DNA of 26,660 nt from a virus. Lineage: Duplodnaviria > Caudoviricetes. Position numbers and translations under genes: made by a program. Below, one piece after another: positions 1 to 8,439 of the stretch (position 1 is its first letter; each line of letters begins with the position of its first letter). The notes under the pieces are model-generated. The model worked only from the letters and a program-made list of their open reading frames with translations. It was not told the DNA's origin and searched no databases. Location of the stretch: the IMG/VR virus record IMGVR_UViG_3300032281_000213, positions 1 through 26,660 of that record; one strand, written 5' to 3'.

Positions 1-1239
1 ACTTGCACTCGCAGAAGTTGCAGATGTCGCTGCAGCAGTTGCCGATGTAGCAGAAGAAGTAGCACTTGTAGCAGCGGCTGTTGCCGATGATGCAGATGCG
101 CTAGCAGAAGTAGCAGATGCTGTTGCACTGTTAGCAGAAGCGGTAGCACTTGCTGCAGCACTAGTTGCGCTAGTTGCTGCTGCCGTAGCCGAGGCTGCTG
201 CTGAGGTTGCACTTGTAGATGCTGCGGTTGCGCTAACTGCTGCTGAGGCAGCGCTTGTCGCTGCTGCTGTTGCTGATGTTGCTGCTGTTACCGCACTGGC
301 TGCTGCGCTTGTAGCACTTGTTGCAGCCGCTGTTGCTGATGCTGCTGCACTAGTTGCTGATGTGGCTGCAGCGGTAGCAGAGTTAGCAGAAGATGTTGCA
401 TAGCCTGCAATAGTAGCCACAGAGTTTGCAGCAGTTGTTGCAGAAGCAGCAGCGCTTGTGGCGCTTGTTGCAGCACTTGTGGCACTTGTGGCTGCTGCTG
501 CTACCTGAGCATCCGCAAAGTCTTTGCGTACTGCATCACTATCTAGCGTTGGTGTAGCAAGATTTGTAATCTTAAACCCACCAGCATTAAGAGCATCACC
601 CATAGTCTTGTTAGTAAGAGTCTGTACTGCGTTAGCAATTACTACTGTACCAGTTGTATTAGGCAGGGTAATCGTGTTATCTTGAGTTGGCTCTGCTACT
701 GTAAGGAATGTCTCGTGAGCATCAGCAGTTGCACCTTCAAAGGTAATGGTTGCATCTACACCAGCACCAGAGATGCTTGGGTTGGTAATTGTAGGGCTTG
801 TGAGAGTCTTGTTAGTCAGTGTCTGATACTTAAGGGTACCTACAACGTCACCTTCGCCTGATGCGATACCGTGCATTGTGTGAGCACCAGTACCATCGTT
901 GTATCCACCAGTTGCTTCAATGTGAAGGTTGGCTTCGCGGAAGTCACGACCAATTGCCATATGTCGAACAGCAGCACCAGCAGAGTGAGCCTGACCAGTA
1001 CCCGCATTCTCGACACCACGAGTAATTGTTAATACGTTAGTACTAACTGCTGTGACATCTACAATTTCTTCGAGCGCTGTATCTGGGTCAATGACAACAG
1101 TAAATGTTGTACCAGCGGGGACGGTTGCTCCACCAAGTAGCGCTGAGCCAGATACTACCGTACAACTTGTTGCTGTATCTGTAATACCTGCTGCTAGCGT
1201 AGTTTGCTGGGAGCGAGAGGAGTATTTTCTTGTTGTCAT
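1..1239 (-). CDS. Tail fibre/tail-associated structural protein (runs off the window at position 1)
   Basis: Not in the ORF track because it has no stop in the window. ATG at 1239 follows TAGGTAACTAA and reads MTTRKYSSRSQQTTLAAGITDTATSCTVVSG...EEIVDVTAVSTNVLTITRGVENAGTGQAHSAGAAVRH. It has QTLTNKT repeats and then a long Ala/Ser/Thr repeat (AATSATSAA...) like side-tail-fibre stalks. Confidence 0.8.
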   Translation of the reverse strand, partial: MTTRKYSSRSQQTTLAAGITDTATSCTVVSGSALLGGATVPAGTTFTVVIDPDTALEEIVDVTAVSTNVLTITRGVENAGTGQAHSAGAAVRHMAIGRDFREANLHIEATGGYNDGTGAHTMHGIASGEGDVVGTLKYQTLTNKTLTSPTITNPSISGAGVDATITFEGATADAHETFLTVAEPTQDNTITLPNTTGTVVIANAVQTLTNKTMGDALNAGGFKITNLATPTLDSDAVRKDFADAQVAAAATSATSAATSATSAAASATTAANSVATIAGYATSSANSATAAATSATSAAASATAAATSATSAAASAVTAATSATAAATSAASAAVSATAASTSATSAAASATAAATSATSAAASATASANSATASATSASASASSATAAATSATSSATSATAAATSATSASAS

Positions 1240-1247
1240 TTAGTTAC

Positions 1248-2168
1248 CTATCGGCTGTAGTGGACGCGAATTGGATATTGGGCTTGTTGTCTGTCTGTCT
1301 CTTCCTTAAGGCGTTGCTGGTACAATGCGTACAATTGCTTGGTAGCAGTACCGCTAGCACCGAACGGACGCTTGCTGTCTGTCTCATCAGCCTGTGGGCT
1401 AACTTGAGCAGCACGTGCAGGGTCTAAGTATGTAAGAAGACGATATGATGCGCCAAGAATTGCTACGTCCCGTGTAGAATTTGGCAGACCAGTTTGTGTT
1501 GAGTACTCTTGTGTAGTGTTGTTTGTGAATGGTTCAGGGTCTGTTGCATAGACAACTTTGATTGTACGACCAGGCTGTACCCAGTCACCAATCGTTACTG
1601 TCTGTGCTCCAGAACCAAATGCTGTTGTAGATGCTAGTGCATCCCATGACCAGTGACGGATAGGAATCCATTCCTGAGAAGGTCCAATGTCTTGCCACAT
1701 CATTGACATCACGTTGTGAATGTTTAAGTTGTTGAATGCATACGTTGTCTGTGCTGCATTAAAAGTAAATGTTGTTGTTTTGACTGCAAAGATAATAGCG
1801 CCAAAGGCTGCAATAGTATCATTAATTGCCTTCTTGATAACATAGCGCGGGAAGGTTGGTGTAATTGTAACCTTGTCGCCAGCGGTGTGCTCTCCTCTAG
1901 TTGTACCTAGGTAGCCACGACCCCAAGGTGGTACAGTTGCTGTGTTAGATACACGGTCAAATGAATCTAGCCAGATTAACTCTTCACCAATTTCAATTGT
2001 GCCTTTACCAATATTATCAGTAGAAGCCAACTGTAGGATGATTGGGTTGGCAATAGTAGATGCATCTGCAGTTACGTCTTCTGTGATGTAAGTTGCTCTG
2101 TCCTGCTGGTATGTATAACCTGCAAGGTTGATGAGCACTTCATCAATCATACTATCCAAATTAGGCAT
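1248..2168 (-). CDS. Virion structural protein, probable head-tail adaptor / tail tubular protein A-like
   Basis: 306 aa, between the head genes and the tail fibre. N-terminal 'MIDEVLINL' and 'IKKAINDTI' helices and a C-terminal 'AILGASYRLL...YQQRL' pattern are typical of podoviral adaptor proteins. Family assignment is inferred. Confidence 0.55.
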   Translation of the reverse strand: MPNLDSMIDEVLINLAGYTYQQDRATYITEDVTADASTIANPIILQLASTDNIGKGTIEIGEELIWLDSFDRVSNTATVPPWGRGYLGTTRGEHTAGDKVTITPTFPRYVIKKAINDTIAAFGAIIFAVKTTTFTFNAAQTTYAFNNLNIHNVMSMMWQDIGPSQEWIPIRHWSWDALASTTAFGSGAQTVTIGDWVQPGRTIKVVYATDPEPFTNNTTQEYSTQTGLPNSTRDVAILGASYRLLTYLDPARAAQVSPQADETDSKRPFGASGTATKQLYALYQQRLKEETDRQQAQYPIRVHYSR

Positions 2169-2433
2169 TGATAGTCCTTAATGCTGCGACAGCAGATAGT
2201 CCAGTAGTAGATGCTAACTCATTACAGATAGCATTAAGATTCTTAAAATTGTTAGGTTGACGATTTGCATCAGCCTTATAGTTAAGAGCACCAATTAGCC
2301 CCTTACCTGATGTTCCAGCCCAGGCATTGGCAGCACCCTGCGATTCTTTGAACGCAGTCATTAGTGGATAATCTCCACCATTTGCTAAACGATTAAGTTC
2401 AGCGCACATTGATAAACCAGGAATGCTTGCCAT
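2161..2433 (-). CDS. Hypothetical virion-operon protein
   Basis: 90 aa ORF with an AGAGGT-type RBS, overlapping the next gene. Weak internal repeat (CAELNRLA / ICNELA). Confidence 0.7.
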   Translation of the reverse strand: MASIPGLSMCAELNRLANGGDYPLMTAFKESQGAANAWAGTSGKGLIGALNYKADANRQPNNFKNLNAICNELASTTGLSAVAALRTINA

Positions 2434-2453
2434 GCTTGGACCTCTTTCTTAAA

Positions 2454-3290
2454 TTACTTGCGCTTGTTAGATGCCATTGAGGCAGATGCTGCCTTCTTTT
2501 TTGTGACAGATGAAGCAGCCTTTTTTGCAATTGCTTTATTTGCTGCTGCACGTGCTGCATCTGGACCAGACATACGTGACTGGATAGTTGCACGTGCTCC
2601 TGATTGACCAGCCTTTGAAGCGTACTCTGATGGAGTACCTTTGCCTGACTTAGCCTGAGTCATAGTTGTCTTACCAAATGAACCCTTTGGGCCAACTGTA
2701 ACCTTTGCTGCTGCAGCCTTTGGTCCTGCTGCTGCCTTGTACTTTGCCATCATTGCTGGAGAGATTGTATTCTTTCCAGTTCCTAGTAGCGCCTTACCAA
2801 TACCAGACTTTGCTGCTGATGCAACTGCTGGTGATAATTTAGCGGCTGCTGCCACACCCTTACCCTTTGATGCTGCTAGCACACCAAGTGCTGCTGCTCC
2901 GTAAAGTCCACCAACTACTTTACCAAAATTAGAATTGTTCTTTGTCTTTGTTGCTGGCTTTGCTGCAGGCTTTGTTGAAGGCTTGCTTGCCATAGGTTTA
3001 GTTGCGCCAGCACGTGCAGCATCTGCTGATGTTGACTTTACTGGAGCATACTTTGTCTTTGCTGCTTCTAGACGCTTTGCGCCGTACATGCGACGTACAC
3101 CTTCTTGGAACTCACGTGCCATTCCGCCAGATGTCTTACCATTCTTACCAGCCAACGCTAGAGCCTTTGTCATGCCCATACGCTTGATGTCATCAATAGT
3201 TGACTGTGATACCTTGCCAACTAGAGCATCTCCTGATAAACCTTTTCCTCCGCCTTTGCGAAGTTTTCCTGTTACGGGTTTCATTGCCAT
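2454..3290 (-). CDS. Lys/Ala-rich basic low-complexity protein
   Basis: Probable start MAMKPV at 3290 via a TAATG overlap with the upstream stop, giving 278 aa. Very K/A/G-rich with few acidic residues. Confidence 0.7.
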   Translation of the reverse strand: MAMKPVTGKLRKGGGKGLSGDALVGKVSQSTIDDIKRMGMTKALALAGKNGKTSGGMAREFQEGVRRMYGAKRLEAAKTKYAPVKSTSADAARAGATKPMASKPSTKPAAKPATKTKNNSNFGKVVGGLYGAAALGVLAASKGKGVAAAAKLSPAVASAAKSGIGKALLGTGKNTISPAMMAKYKAAAGPKAAAAKVTVGPKGSFGKTTMTQAKSGKGTPSEYASKAGQSGARATIQSRMSGPDAARAAANKAIAKKAASSVTKKKAASASMASNKRK

Positions 3291-3568
3291 TACCATTTCA
3301 CCTTGTCTGCCCAATATGCGGCACTCATTTTACCTTTGGATATATTGCTTGCGTGTCTTGCTTTGAAAGACTTTCTTCGTGCTGCATTGGCAGCAGTTTC
3401 TCCTGCTTTTTTAGGTGAGCCAGAAACGCCTTGTTGTCCAAAACGTATGGTCTTAATCTGGCTACCTACCTTAGCCACAACAACGTGTGACTTAGTAGGG
3501 TGGCTTGGTGTACGCTTTGGTTGATTAAAACCTGCGACACCAGCCCGAGTCAATCTTGAGTCTTTCAT
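3290..3568 (-). CDS. Small basic phage protein (KTIRFGQQG...RRKSFKARH...AAYWA type)
   Basis: 92 aa, TAATG-coupled at both ends. The motif set recalls a widespread uncharacterised viral family. Confidence 0.75.
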   Translation of the reverse strand: MKDSRLTRAGVAGFNQPKRTPSHPTKSHVVVAKVGSQIKTIRFGQQGVSGSPKKAGETAANAARRKSFKARHASNISKGKMSAAYWADKVKW

Positions 3569-3963
3569 TATCGATACCTTGCTGTCTTTTTTGCTATCTT
3601 TTTAGGTTGCCTTACGAACTGCTTACCTTGCTTTGTTCCTTCACGCTTTGCCTTTGATGTTGCAGCATACTCTGATGCAGTCAAGGACTTGCGTGCTTTT
3701 TCAGGGAGGTATCTTTCTCCAGTAGCCTTAGCACCTTGCGTACTAGGTCCACCAGATTTCGTTCCCCATTTTTCTTTAGTCCATTTGGATAAAGACTTTT
3801 GCTTAGATGTCTTGGCGCCAGAGTAGCCACCGCCAGCCTTCTTGTAAGCCTGTGCCAACAATTGCGCTTTACGAGCAGACCATTGACCAGGGTTACCACC
3901 TTTAGAACCAGACATAATTCGGTTCTTGATGCTTTCCCGTAACTCTGGTTTAGTGTATGCCAT
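3568..3963 (-). CDS. Basic phage protein with GQWSARKAQ motif (DUF5872-like)
   Basis: 131 aa with GGNPGQWSARKAQLL...YKKAGGGY and KWTKEKW...ERYLP motifs. The family name is recalled, not searched. Confidence 0.7.
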   Translation of the reverse strand: MAYTKPELRESIKNRIMSGSKGGNPGQWSARKAQLLAQAYKKAGGGYSGAKTSKQKSLSKWTKEKWGTKSGGPSTQGAKATGERYLPEKARKSLTASEYAATSKAKREGTKQGKQFVRQPKKIAKKTARYR

Positions 3964-4112
3964 TACTTCTTCTTTGCTGCCTTTGCTAACTTTGCTGCAT
4001 TTTGGCGACGTGCGCTATCTGCAGTAGTTGCACGTGGAGGCGTTGGATATCCATATTTCTTTTGCAGAATCTTTGCCATTGCTGCATCTTGTGGTGTCAT
4101 TTTACCTGGCAT
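3963..4112 (-). CDS. Small basic hypothetical protein (49 aa)
   Basis: Read manually: MPGKMTPQDAAMAKILQKKYGYPTPPRATTADSARRQNAAKLAKAAKKK*. It fills the gap exactly and its stop overlaps the next ATG (TAATG). Confidence 0.7.
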   Translation of the reverse strand: MPGKMTPQDAAMAKILQKKYGYPTPPRATTADSARRQNAAKLAKAAKKK

Positions 4113-4114
4113 AA

Positions 4115-4276
4115 TTACATACCACGCTTTCTTACCATTGATGACTTCTTTGCTACGCGCTTTGCAGTCTTCTTGACAGCCTTCTTCATTGGCTTGCCTG
4201 ACTTCTTAGCCTCAGCCTTAGCCATTGCCATACCTTTTGCTGTATAAGCGAACTCTTTGTTTCCTACCATTGGCAT
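4115..4276 (-). CDS. Small basic hypothetical protein (53 aa)
   Basis: Read manually: MPMVGNKEFAYTAKGMAMAKAEAKKSGKPMKKAVKKTAKRVAKKSSMVRKRGM*. The ATG overlaps the upstream TAA, with GGAG upstream. Confidence 0.75.
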   Translation of the reverse strand: MPMVGNKEFAYTAKGMAMAKAEAKKSGKPMKKAVKKTAKRVAKKSSMVRKRGM

Positions 4277-4713
4277 TATATTGCTCCCACTTCTTTAAGT
4301 ACTTCAACCGATTTTTTATTAATGTCTTGCGCCTTGGGCATCGTGTTGGCATCGTAAGGCTTATTGAGAGCCTCACTAGCAGCGTACGCCTGCTGGATGT
4401 GTCTATGTGTTGTTCCTGCTGGTTGGATGCCTTGTGCTCTCGCATCTTTATAGGCATTCAATTCTCCAACCCACTTCTTGTCAGAAATAGGTCGTTTTGC
4501 ATCTCCTGCATTAAGTTGTAGATTTTTAGCCTTACAGCCAAAACATTCAGGTCCACACTTGGTGTGGTCTATAAACACATCGATAGTTGGAAATGGTTCC
4601 TCTGATGTGGTATTGCATTCAGTGCAACCATACAAAGCAGAATAAGGAATCATATCCCCATCTTCTAATCTATAGCCCCACTTAAGAACTTTACTAATAT
4701 GTTCGTGTTCCAT
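4276..4713 (-). CDS. Hypothetical protein with Cys/His motifs (possible Zn-binding)
   Basis: 145 aa with CTEC and HTKCGPECFGC motifs, in the operon downstream of the capsid gene. Confidence 0.7.
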   Translation of the reverse strand: MEHEHISKVLKWGYRLEDGDMIPYSALYGCTECNTTSEEPFPTIDVFIDHTKCGPECFGCKAKNLQLNAGDAKRPISDKKWVGELNAYKDARAQGIQPAGTTHRHIQQAYAASEALNKPYDANTMPKAQDINKKSVEVLKEVGAI

Positions 4714-4719
4714 TTGTCC

Positions 4720-4989
4720 CTACAGTTCTGTAAAGTTTGCCTCTGTAATATCAATATCTGCTGCAATGAGAGCAGCCTTAGTTGCGTCACTTACTTCATA
4801 GTTTCTTCCGCCACGATAAACTTCTTCGTATTTAGGAATATCAGAATCTACTAGGTAACGTGCAAGATAGTAGACACCTTCGTCTTTTACTACTGATACG
4901 CCAACGTCCATCTTGTAAAAGTAAAATAGGCGTGCTCCGCCTATAGGACCTTCTTGTACTGTTGGTGTTTTGAATAGCCAAGTAGCCAT
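4720..4989 (-). CDS. Hypothetical protein downstream of major capsid
   Basis: 89 aa with a strong RBS (AAGGAGGA) before the ATG. Confidence 0.75.
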   Translation of the reverse strand: MATWLFKTPTVQEGPIGGARLFYFYKMDVGVSVVKDEGVYYLARYLVDSDIPKYEEVYRGGRNYEVSDATKAALIAADIDITEANFTEL

Positions 4990-5012
4990 TAGTCCTCCTT
5001 AGTGAACTTACT

Positions 5013-5040
5013 GATGAGCAGAGGTTTCCCTCTGCCCACC
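5013..5040 (-). terminator. Stem-loop after major capsid gene (terminator/attenuator or mRNA stabiliser)
   Basis: Minus strand GGTGGGCAGAGG-GAAA-CCTCTGCTCATC: a 12-bp stem (two G-U) with a GNRA loop, 13 nt after the capsid stop. There is no U-tract. Confidence 0.6.
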
Positions 5041-5053
5041 CGTCAATTAACTA

Positions 5054-6253
5054 CTAGAGAGCAGCGATTGATGAGCCTGTTTCGATACGATACAGTGCTT
5101 CTTCACGGTAGCGTGCAAAGCCGAGTACGCCGTACCAACCCATTGGGCGGAAACGCATCAACTTGTCAACAACTGGTCCGATAACTGTGTGTGGTTCTTC
5201 TGCAACAGCCTGAGCCATTGCTTGCTTTCCACATACGATTGTAGAGAATACGCGAGTTACTGGAGTTACAGTTACTGTCGCTCCAACTGTTACTGCTGCA
5301 GTGTTTGCTGTGTCAACTGTAATGGTTGTTGTTGAACCACTTGTTGAGATAGCAGTAATCTTTGCACCAGATGCAATACCTGTTGCAGCAATCTTGTCGC
5401 CAACTTCGGCGCGAGATGCGATAACAGATGATGAAGCAACACCAATAGTAAATCCTGCTGATGTTCCTGCAACTGTTGCTGTTGTTGTAGCCAATGCTGT
5501 CTGGTCTGCACCTGACTTAGTTGAATACAAACGTGGTGACTCTACGAAGAATGCTCCTTCGTACTGTCCAATTTCTCCTGCCCAGATGTTATCTGGTGCT
5601 GAGTAATTGTGTGGGTCGCGCCATCCTGCTGCGCCTGTCTCTGCACGAAGGTCGTGTGAAACTTCTGGGTGGATACCTGTCCAGTATAGTGAACCCTTGC
5701 GGTATGCAGCCTTTGCTGAACGCAACTTAGCAACAGCCTTGCGGATGTCTGCTGAGTCTAGTGTTGCAGCAGCAGTGATTGTTGCTGTTGATGTAGCGGT
5801 TGAACCGCCGTAGATTACGTTGCTTCCACCGTTAAGTGTAGTCATCGCAACCTTATCGATTGAGTCTGCAAGGTTGAAAGCGATTACGTTAGCAATTGCT
5901 GGGTCAACGTCTGCAAGTGAGAATAGTTCCAAAGCACGTGTTACAAGAACAGAGTTACCGTACTCATTAAGAGTAATTGTAACTGTGTTAGGTGTTGACA
6001 ATGCTACTGCATCTGGGTCAACTGTCTCTGTAAGTGTGTCTGTTACTGCGTTTAGGTCAACGTACTTCTGTAGAACTACTGTTGAACCTGGGATTGATTG
6101 CTGTGCTGGAGTCTTGTCTGCGACTGAACGAATTAGTGGTTCGGCGCGGAGAGCGAACTCAAGAAGACGGTCATACGCCTTCTGTACAAGACCTGCACCG
6201 CCAACTGTACCTCCGAGAGAGGTACTGCCTGTTGATGTATAGGCATTAGCCAT
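5054..6253 (-). CDS. Major capsid protein (HK97 fold, N4-gp56-like)
   Basis: 399 aa directly after an acidic scaffold-like gene, with RBS GGAGGT. Motifs: TLTETVDPDAV, ITLNEYGN, IHPEVSHDLR, GEIGQYEGAFFVES, DKLMRFRPMGWYGVLG. Confidence 0.9.
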   Translation of the reverse strand: MANAYTSTGSTSLGGTVGGAGLVQKAYDRLLEFALRAEPLIRSVADKTPAQQSIPGSTVVLQKYVDLNAVTDTLTETVDPDAVALSTPNTVTITLNEYGNSVLVTRALELFSLADVDPAIANVIAFNLADSIDKVAMTTLNGGSNVIYGGSTATSTATITAAATLDSADIRKAVAKLRSAKAAYRKGSLYWTGIHPEVSHDLRAETGAAGWRDPHNYSAPDNIWAGEIGQYEGAFFVESPRLYSTKSGADQTALATTTATVAGTSAGFTIGVASSSVIASRAEVGDKIAATGIASGAKITAISTSGSTTTITVDTANTAAVTVGATVTVTPVTRVFSTIVCGKQAMAQAVAEEPHTVIGPVVDKLMRFRPMGWYGVLGFARYREEALYRIETGSSIAAL

Positions 6254-6286
6254 GTGGTCACCTCCAAGTGACTATGAACGGATAAA

Positions 6287-6763
6287 TTATTGTTGCGAGC
6301 GAAGAATTGCTAGGATGTCCTCTTCGGATGTTGCTTGGGACATTCTGTATTCAATATCGTTTGCTCGGTCTGGCGTCAAAGCATTCTGTGTAACCATATC
6401 TTGGTTGCGCAACGCTGCGCGGTCCTGTTGGCTCACATCTGACTCTTCTGCAACCGTTAGTCCGAACAAGTCTGCATTATCATCAAGCCAGTTAGAAACT
6501 GACTCCTCGTTAATGTCATCCAAGTCCTTCATTACTAAACGGGCTGCCTTAAGATTGACGCCTTTCTTTTCTAGTGTCGACTTGACAATTGCCTCACGCT
6601 GCGCCTTGGAGAAACCTTCAAGTTGCTCTGTGAGTTCTTTAATACGCTTCTCGTCTGCACGCTTGGCTTTACGCAACTTTTTAAGTAAGTCGCTTCCATC
6701 CATAGGTGCTTCTTCGATTGTATCTAGTTCATCGTCTTCGTCGTCCCAGTAGTTGTTGCTCAT
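6287..6763 (-). CDS. Probable capsid scaffolding protein
   Basis: 158 aa with an acidic N-terminus and a coiled-coil segment (LLKKLRKAKRADEKRIKELTEQL), immediately upstream of the capsid gene. Confidence 0.7.
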   Translation of the reverse strand: MSNNYWDDEDDELDTIEEAPMDGSDLLKKLRKAKRADEKRIKELTEQLEGFSKAQREAIVKSTLEKKGVNLKAARLVMKDLDDINEESVSNWLDDNADLFGLTVAEESDVSQQDRAALRNQDMVTQNALTPDRANDIEYRMSQATSEEDILAILRSQQ

Positions 6764-6885
6764 AGCAACGCCACCCTTCTATTCGTAGTTAGTTCGCAGG
6801 CCACAGATTCCATTCGGGGAAATGGTCTGGCTCCTACTGTCGGTCTATTACACTGGTGGGGCCGATGGGTCCACTCAGGATTTTA
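6764..6885 (-). promoter_or_regulatory. Structured 5' leader of the scaffold/capsid genes
   Basis: A 122-nt non-coding gap in an otherwise tightly packed operon. It contains a hairpin with a potential pseudoknot and a long bulged hairpin (see findings). Confidence 0.5.
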
Positions 6886-8439
6886 TTATATTACTCTGTT
6901 TGCTCTGTTGCGTGATGCTAGGCTTCGTGAACCAAATGTTCCAGAAGCACCAGAGAAGCGTGCTGCTTCCTTTTCTGCTTCTAGACGGATGCGTTCTTGT
7001 TCCTTGACATCTTGTTGGAAAGTAGACTTGATAAGACTTTCTTGAGCGGTAGAAGGCTTAACTGCTTGACCTGTGCTAATTTCAGTTAACTTTTGTAGAG
7101 GGACTGCGCCCTTGGCAACTGTAGCAAAGTTAGTAAGTGATGTACCGTAGTCAAAGTTTCTAGCAGCAATATCTGCAGCAAGTGCGTTATCGATAGTAAG
7201 ACCTTGTGACTTAGCAGCAGATAATACGCTAACTTCCTTGATTTGCTTCTGCAGTTCGTCTGCACCGCGCTTACCAAGTAGAAGTGCTTTGGCAATAGAT
7301 GTTCTATCTATTCCTGGCGCTACAACCTGTAGGTCTCTCTTAAGTTGCTCTGGTGCATTATCAATAGTCATAAAGACATCATTTACTAGGTTAAGTACAG
7401 CAGCAACTGACTTACCAGTTCCTAGTACTTCTCCAAGAATCTCTTGAGTTGCCAAATCTGCTAGACCAACTTCACGTAGTTTATCACCGAGAGTTGCCTC
7501 TGACTTAAAGAACTCTGCAATAGTTGGTACGTCGATTGCTTCACCCTTTGCAAGGCGGTCCTGTAGGGCAAACACACCAGCAAAACGCTTGGTGAATGGT
7601 TCTAGTTCTGGCTTGTTACGTGCATCCTGCAAAGCAAGATTAAGTGATTCATCAATAGTAGAACCACTCTTATAGTAACTTGATACAACCTTAAATAAGG
7701 CGTTAGCCCATGGCTGTGACATTTCTTTTGCACCAAAGAATAATGCAAGTGTATTCTTAAAAGTATCTTGGGCTAGCGTTCTATCGCTGCCAGTTTCCAT
7801 GCCAGTTGCGCCTGGATTTACAAGTGTATTAGTCCAGCCTGCAACATTATCCCAAGTCCAGTTACCAGCCTCTGTGGGCTTTGCTGGCATCTTGTAAGTC
7901 TTTGACACTGGGTCATACACGAATGCGGGAGGAGTTCCTACTGGTCTTTCTGGTACTTCATTAGGAGCAGGTGCTACGTAGCCTGGGTCTCCAGGCTTTA
8001 ATACGTATCCTGGGTCACCAAACTTTAATACCTTACCAGTAGAAGTAGTCTGTGTTGTTTTGAGTCCTGTACCAGATACAAGATTTCCTTGTGCGTCATA
8101 CACGTTACCAGAAGTAGTTGTGCGTGTGTCAGGTATAGGCACGCCCATTGGAAATACTTCTTTGTATGTTCCAACTCCACCTGCACCTGTGCGCACAAAT
8201 TCAATTGTTGCTCCAGCAGCAGCGCCTTCTTGAGTTAATTCTGGCTTAGGTTGGTCTTTATAACCTTGAGTAATACGAGCATTAGCCTCTGCTGCAGTTT
8301 CATTACCAATACGAGCAGAACGGTCTGTACTTTTTACACCCGCAGCAACCTGTTGTTTTGTAACAGCATCAATTAACGTTTGTTCGTCTAGTTCGGTGCC
8401 ACCGCCGTCTACTTGCATAACTCCTGGGTTGCGTACCAT
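6886..8439 (-). CDS. Probable internal virion/core protein
   Basis: 517 aa, TAATG-coupled, with a Pro/Gly/Thr-rich N-terminal part and a helical C-terminal part. Function is inferred from position. Confidence 0.5.
   Translation of the reverse strand: MVRNPGVMQVDGGGTELDEQTLIDAVTKQQVAAGVKSTDRSARIGNETAAEANARITQGYKDQPKPELTQEGAAAGATIEFVRTGAGGVGTYKEVFPMGVPIPDTRTTTSGNVYDAQGNLVSGTGLKTTQTTSTGKVLKFGDPGYVLKPGDPGYVAPAPNEVPERPVGTPPAFVYDPVSKTYKMPAKPTEAGNWTWDNVAGWTNTLVNPGATGMETGSDRTLAQDTFKNTLALFFGAKEMSQPWANALFKVVSSYYKSGSTIDESLNLALQDARNKPELEPFTKRFAGVFALQDRLAKGEAIDVPTIAEFFKSEATLGDKLREVGLADLATQEILGEVLGTGKSVAAVLNLVNDVFMTIDNAPEQLKRDLQVVAPGIDRTSIAKALLLGKRGADELQKQIKEVSVLSAAKSQGLTIDNALAADIAARNFDYGTSLTNFATVAKGAVPLQKLTEISTGQAVKPSTAQESLIKSTFQQDVKEQERIRLEAEKEAARFSGASGTFGSRSLASRNRANRVI

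Noticed and set aside
5011-5040. Hammerhead-like CTGATGA followed by a stem on the plus strand
   Set aside because: No GAAA follows the stem, and it is the antisense of the post-capsid hairpin.
6885-6890. TATAAT on the minus strand as a promoter for scaffold/capsid
   Set aside because: It is formed by the last codons and stop of the upstream gene and has no recognisable -35. It cannot be supported without TSS data.
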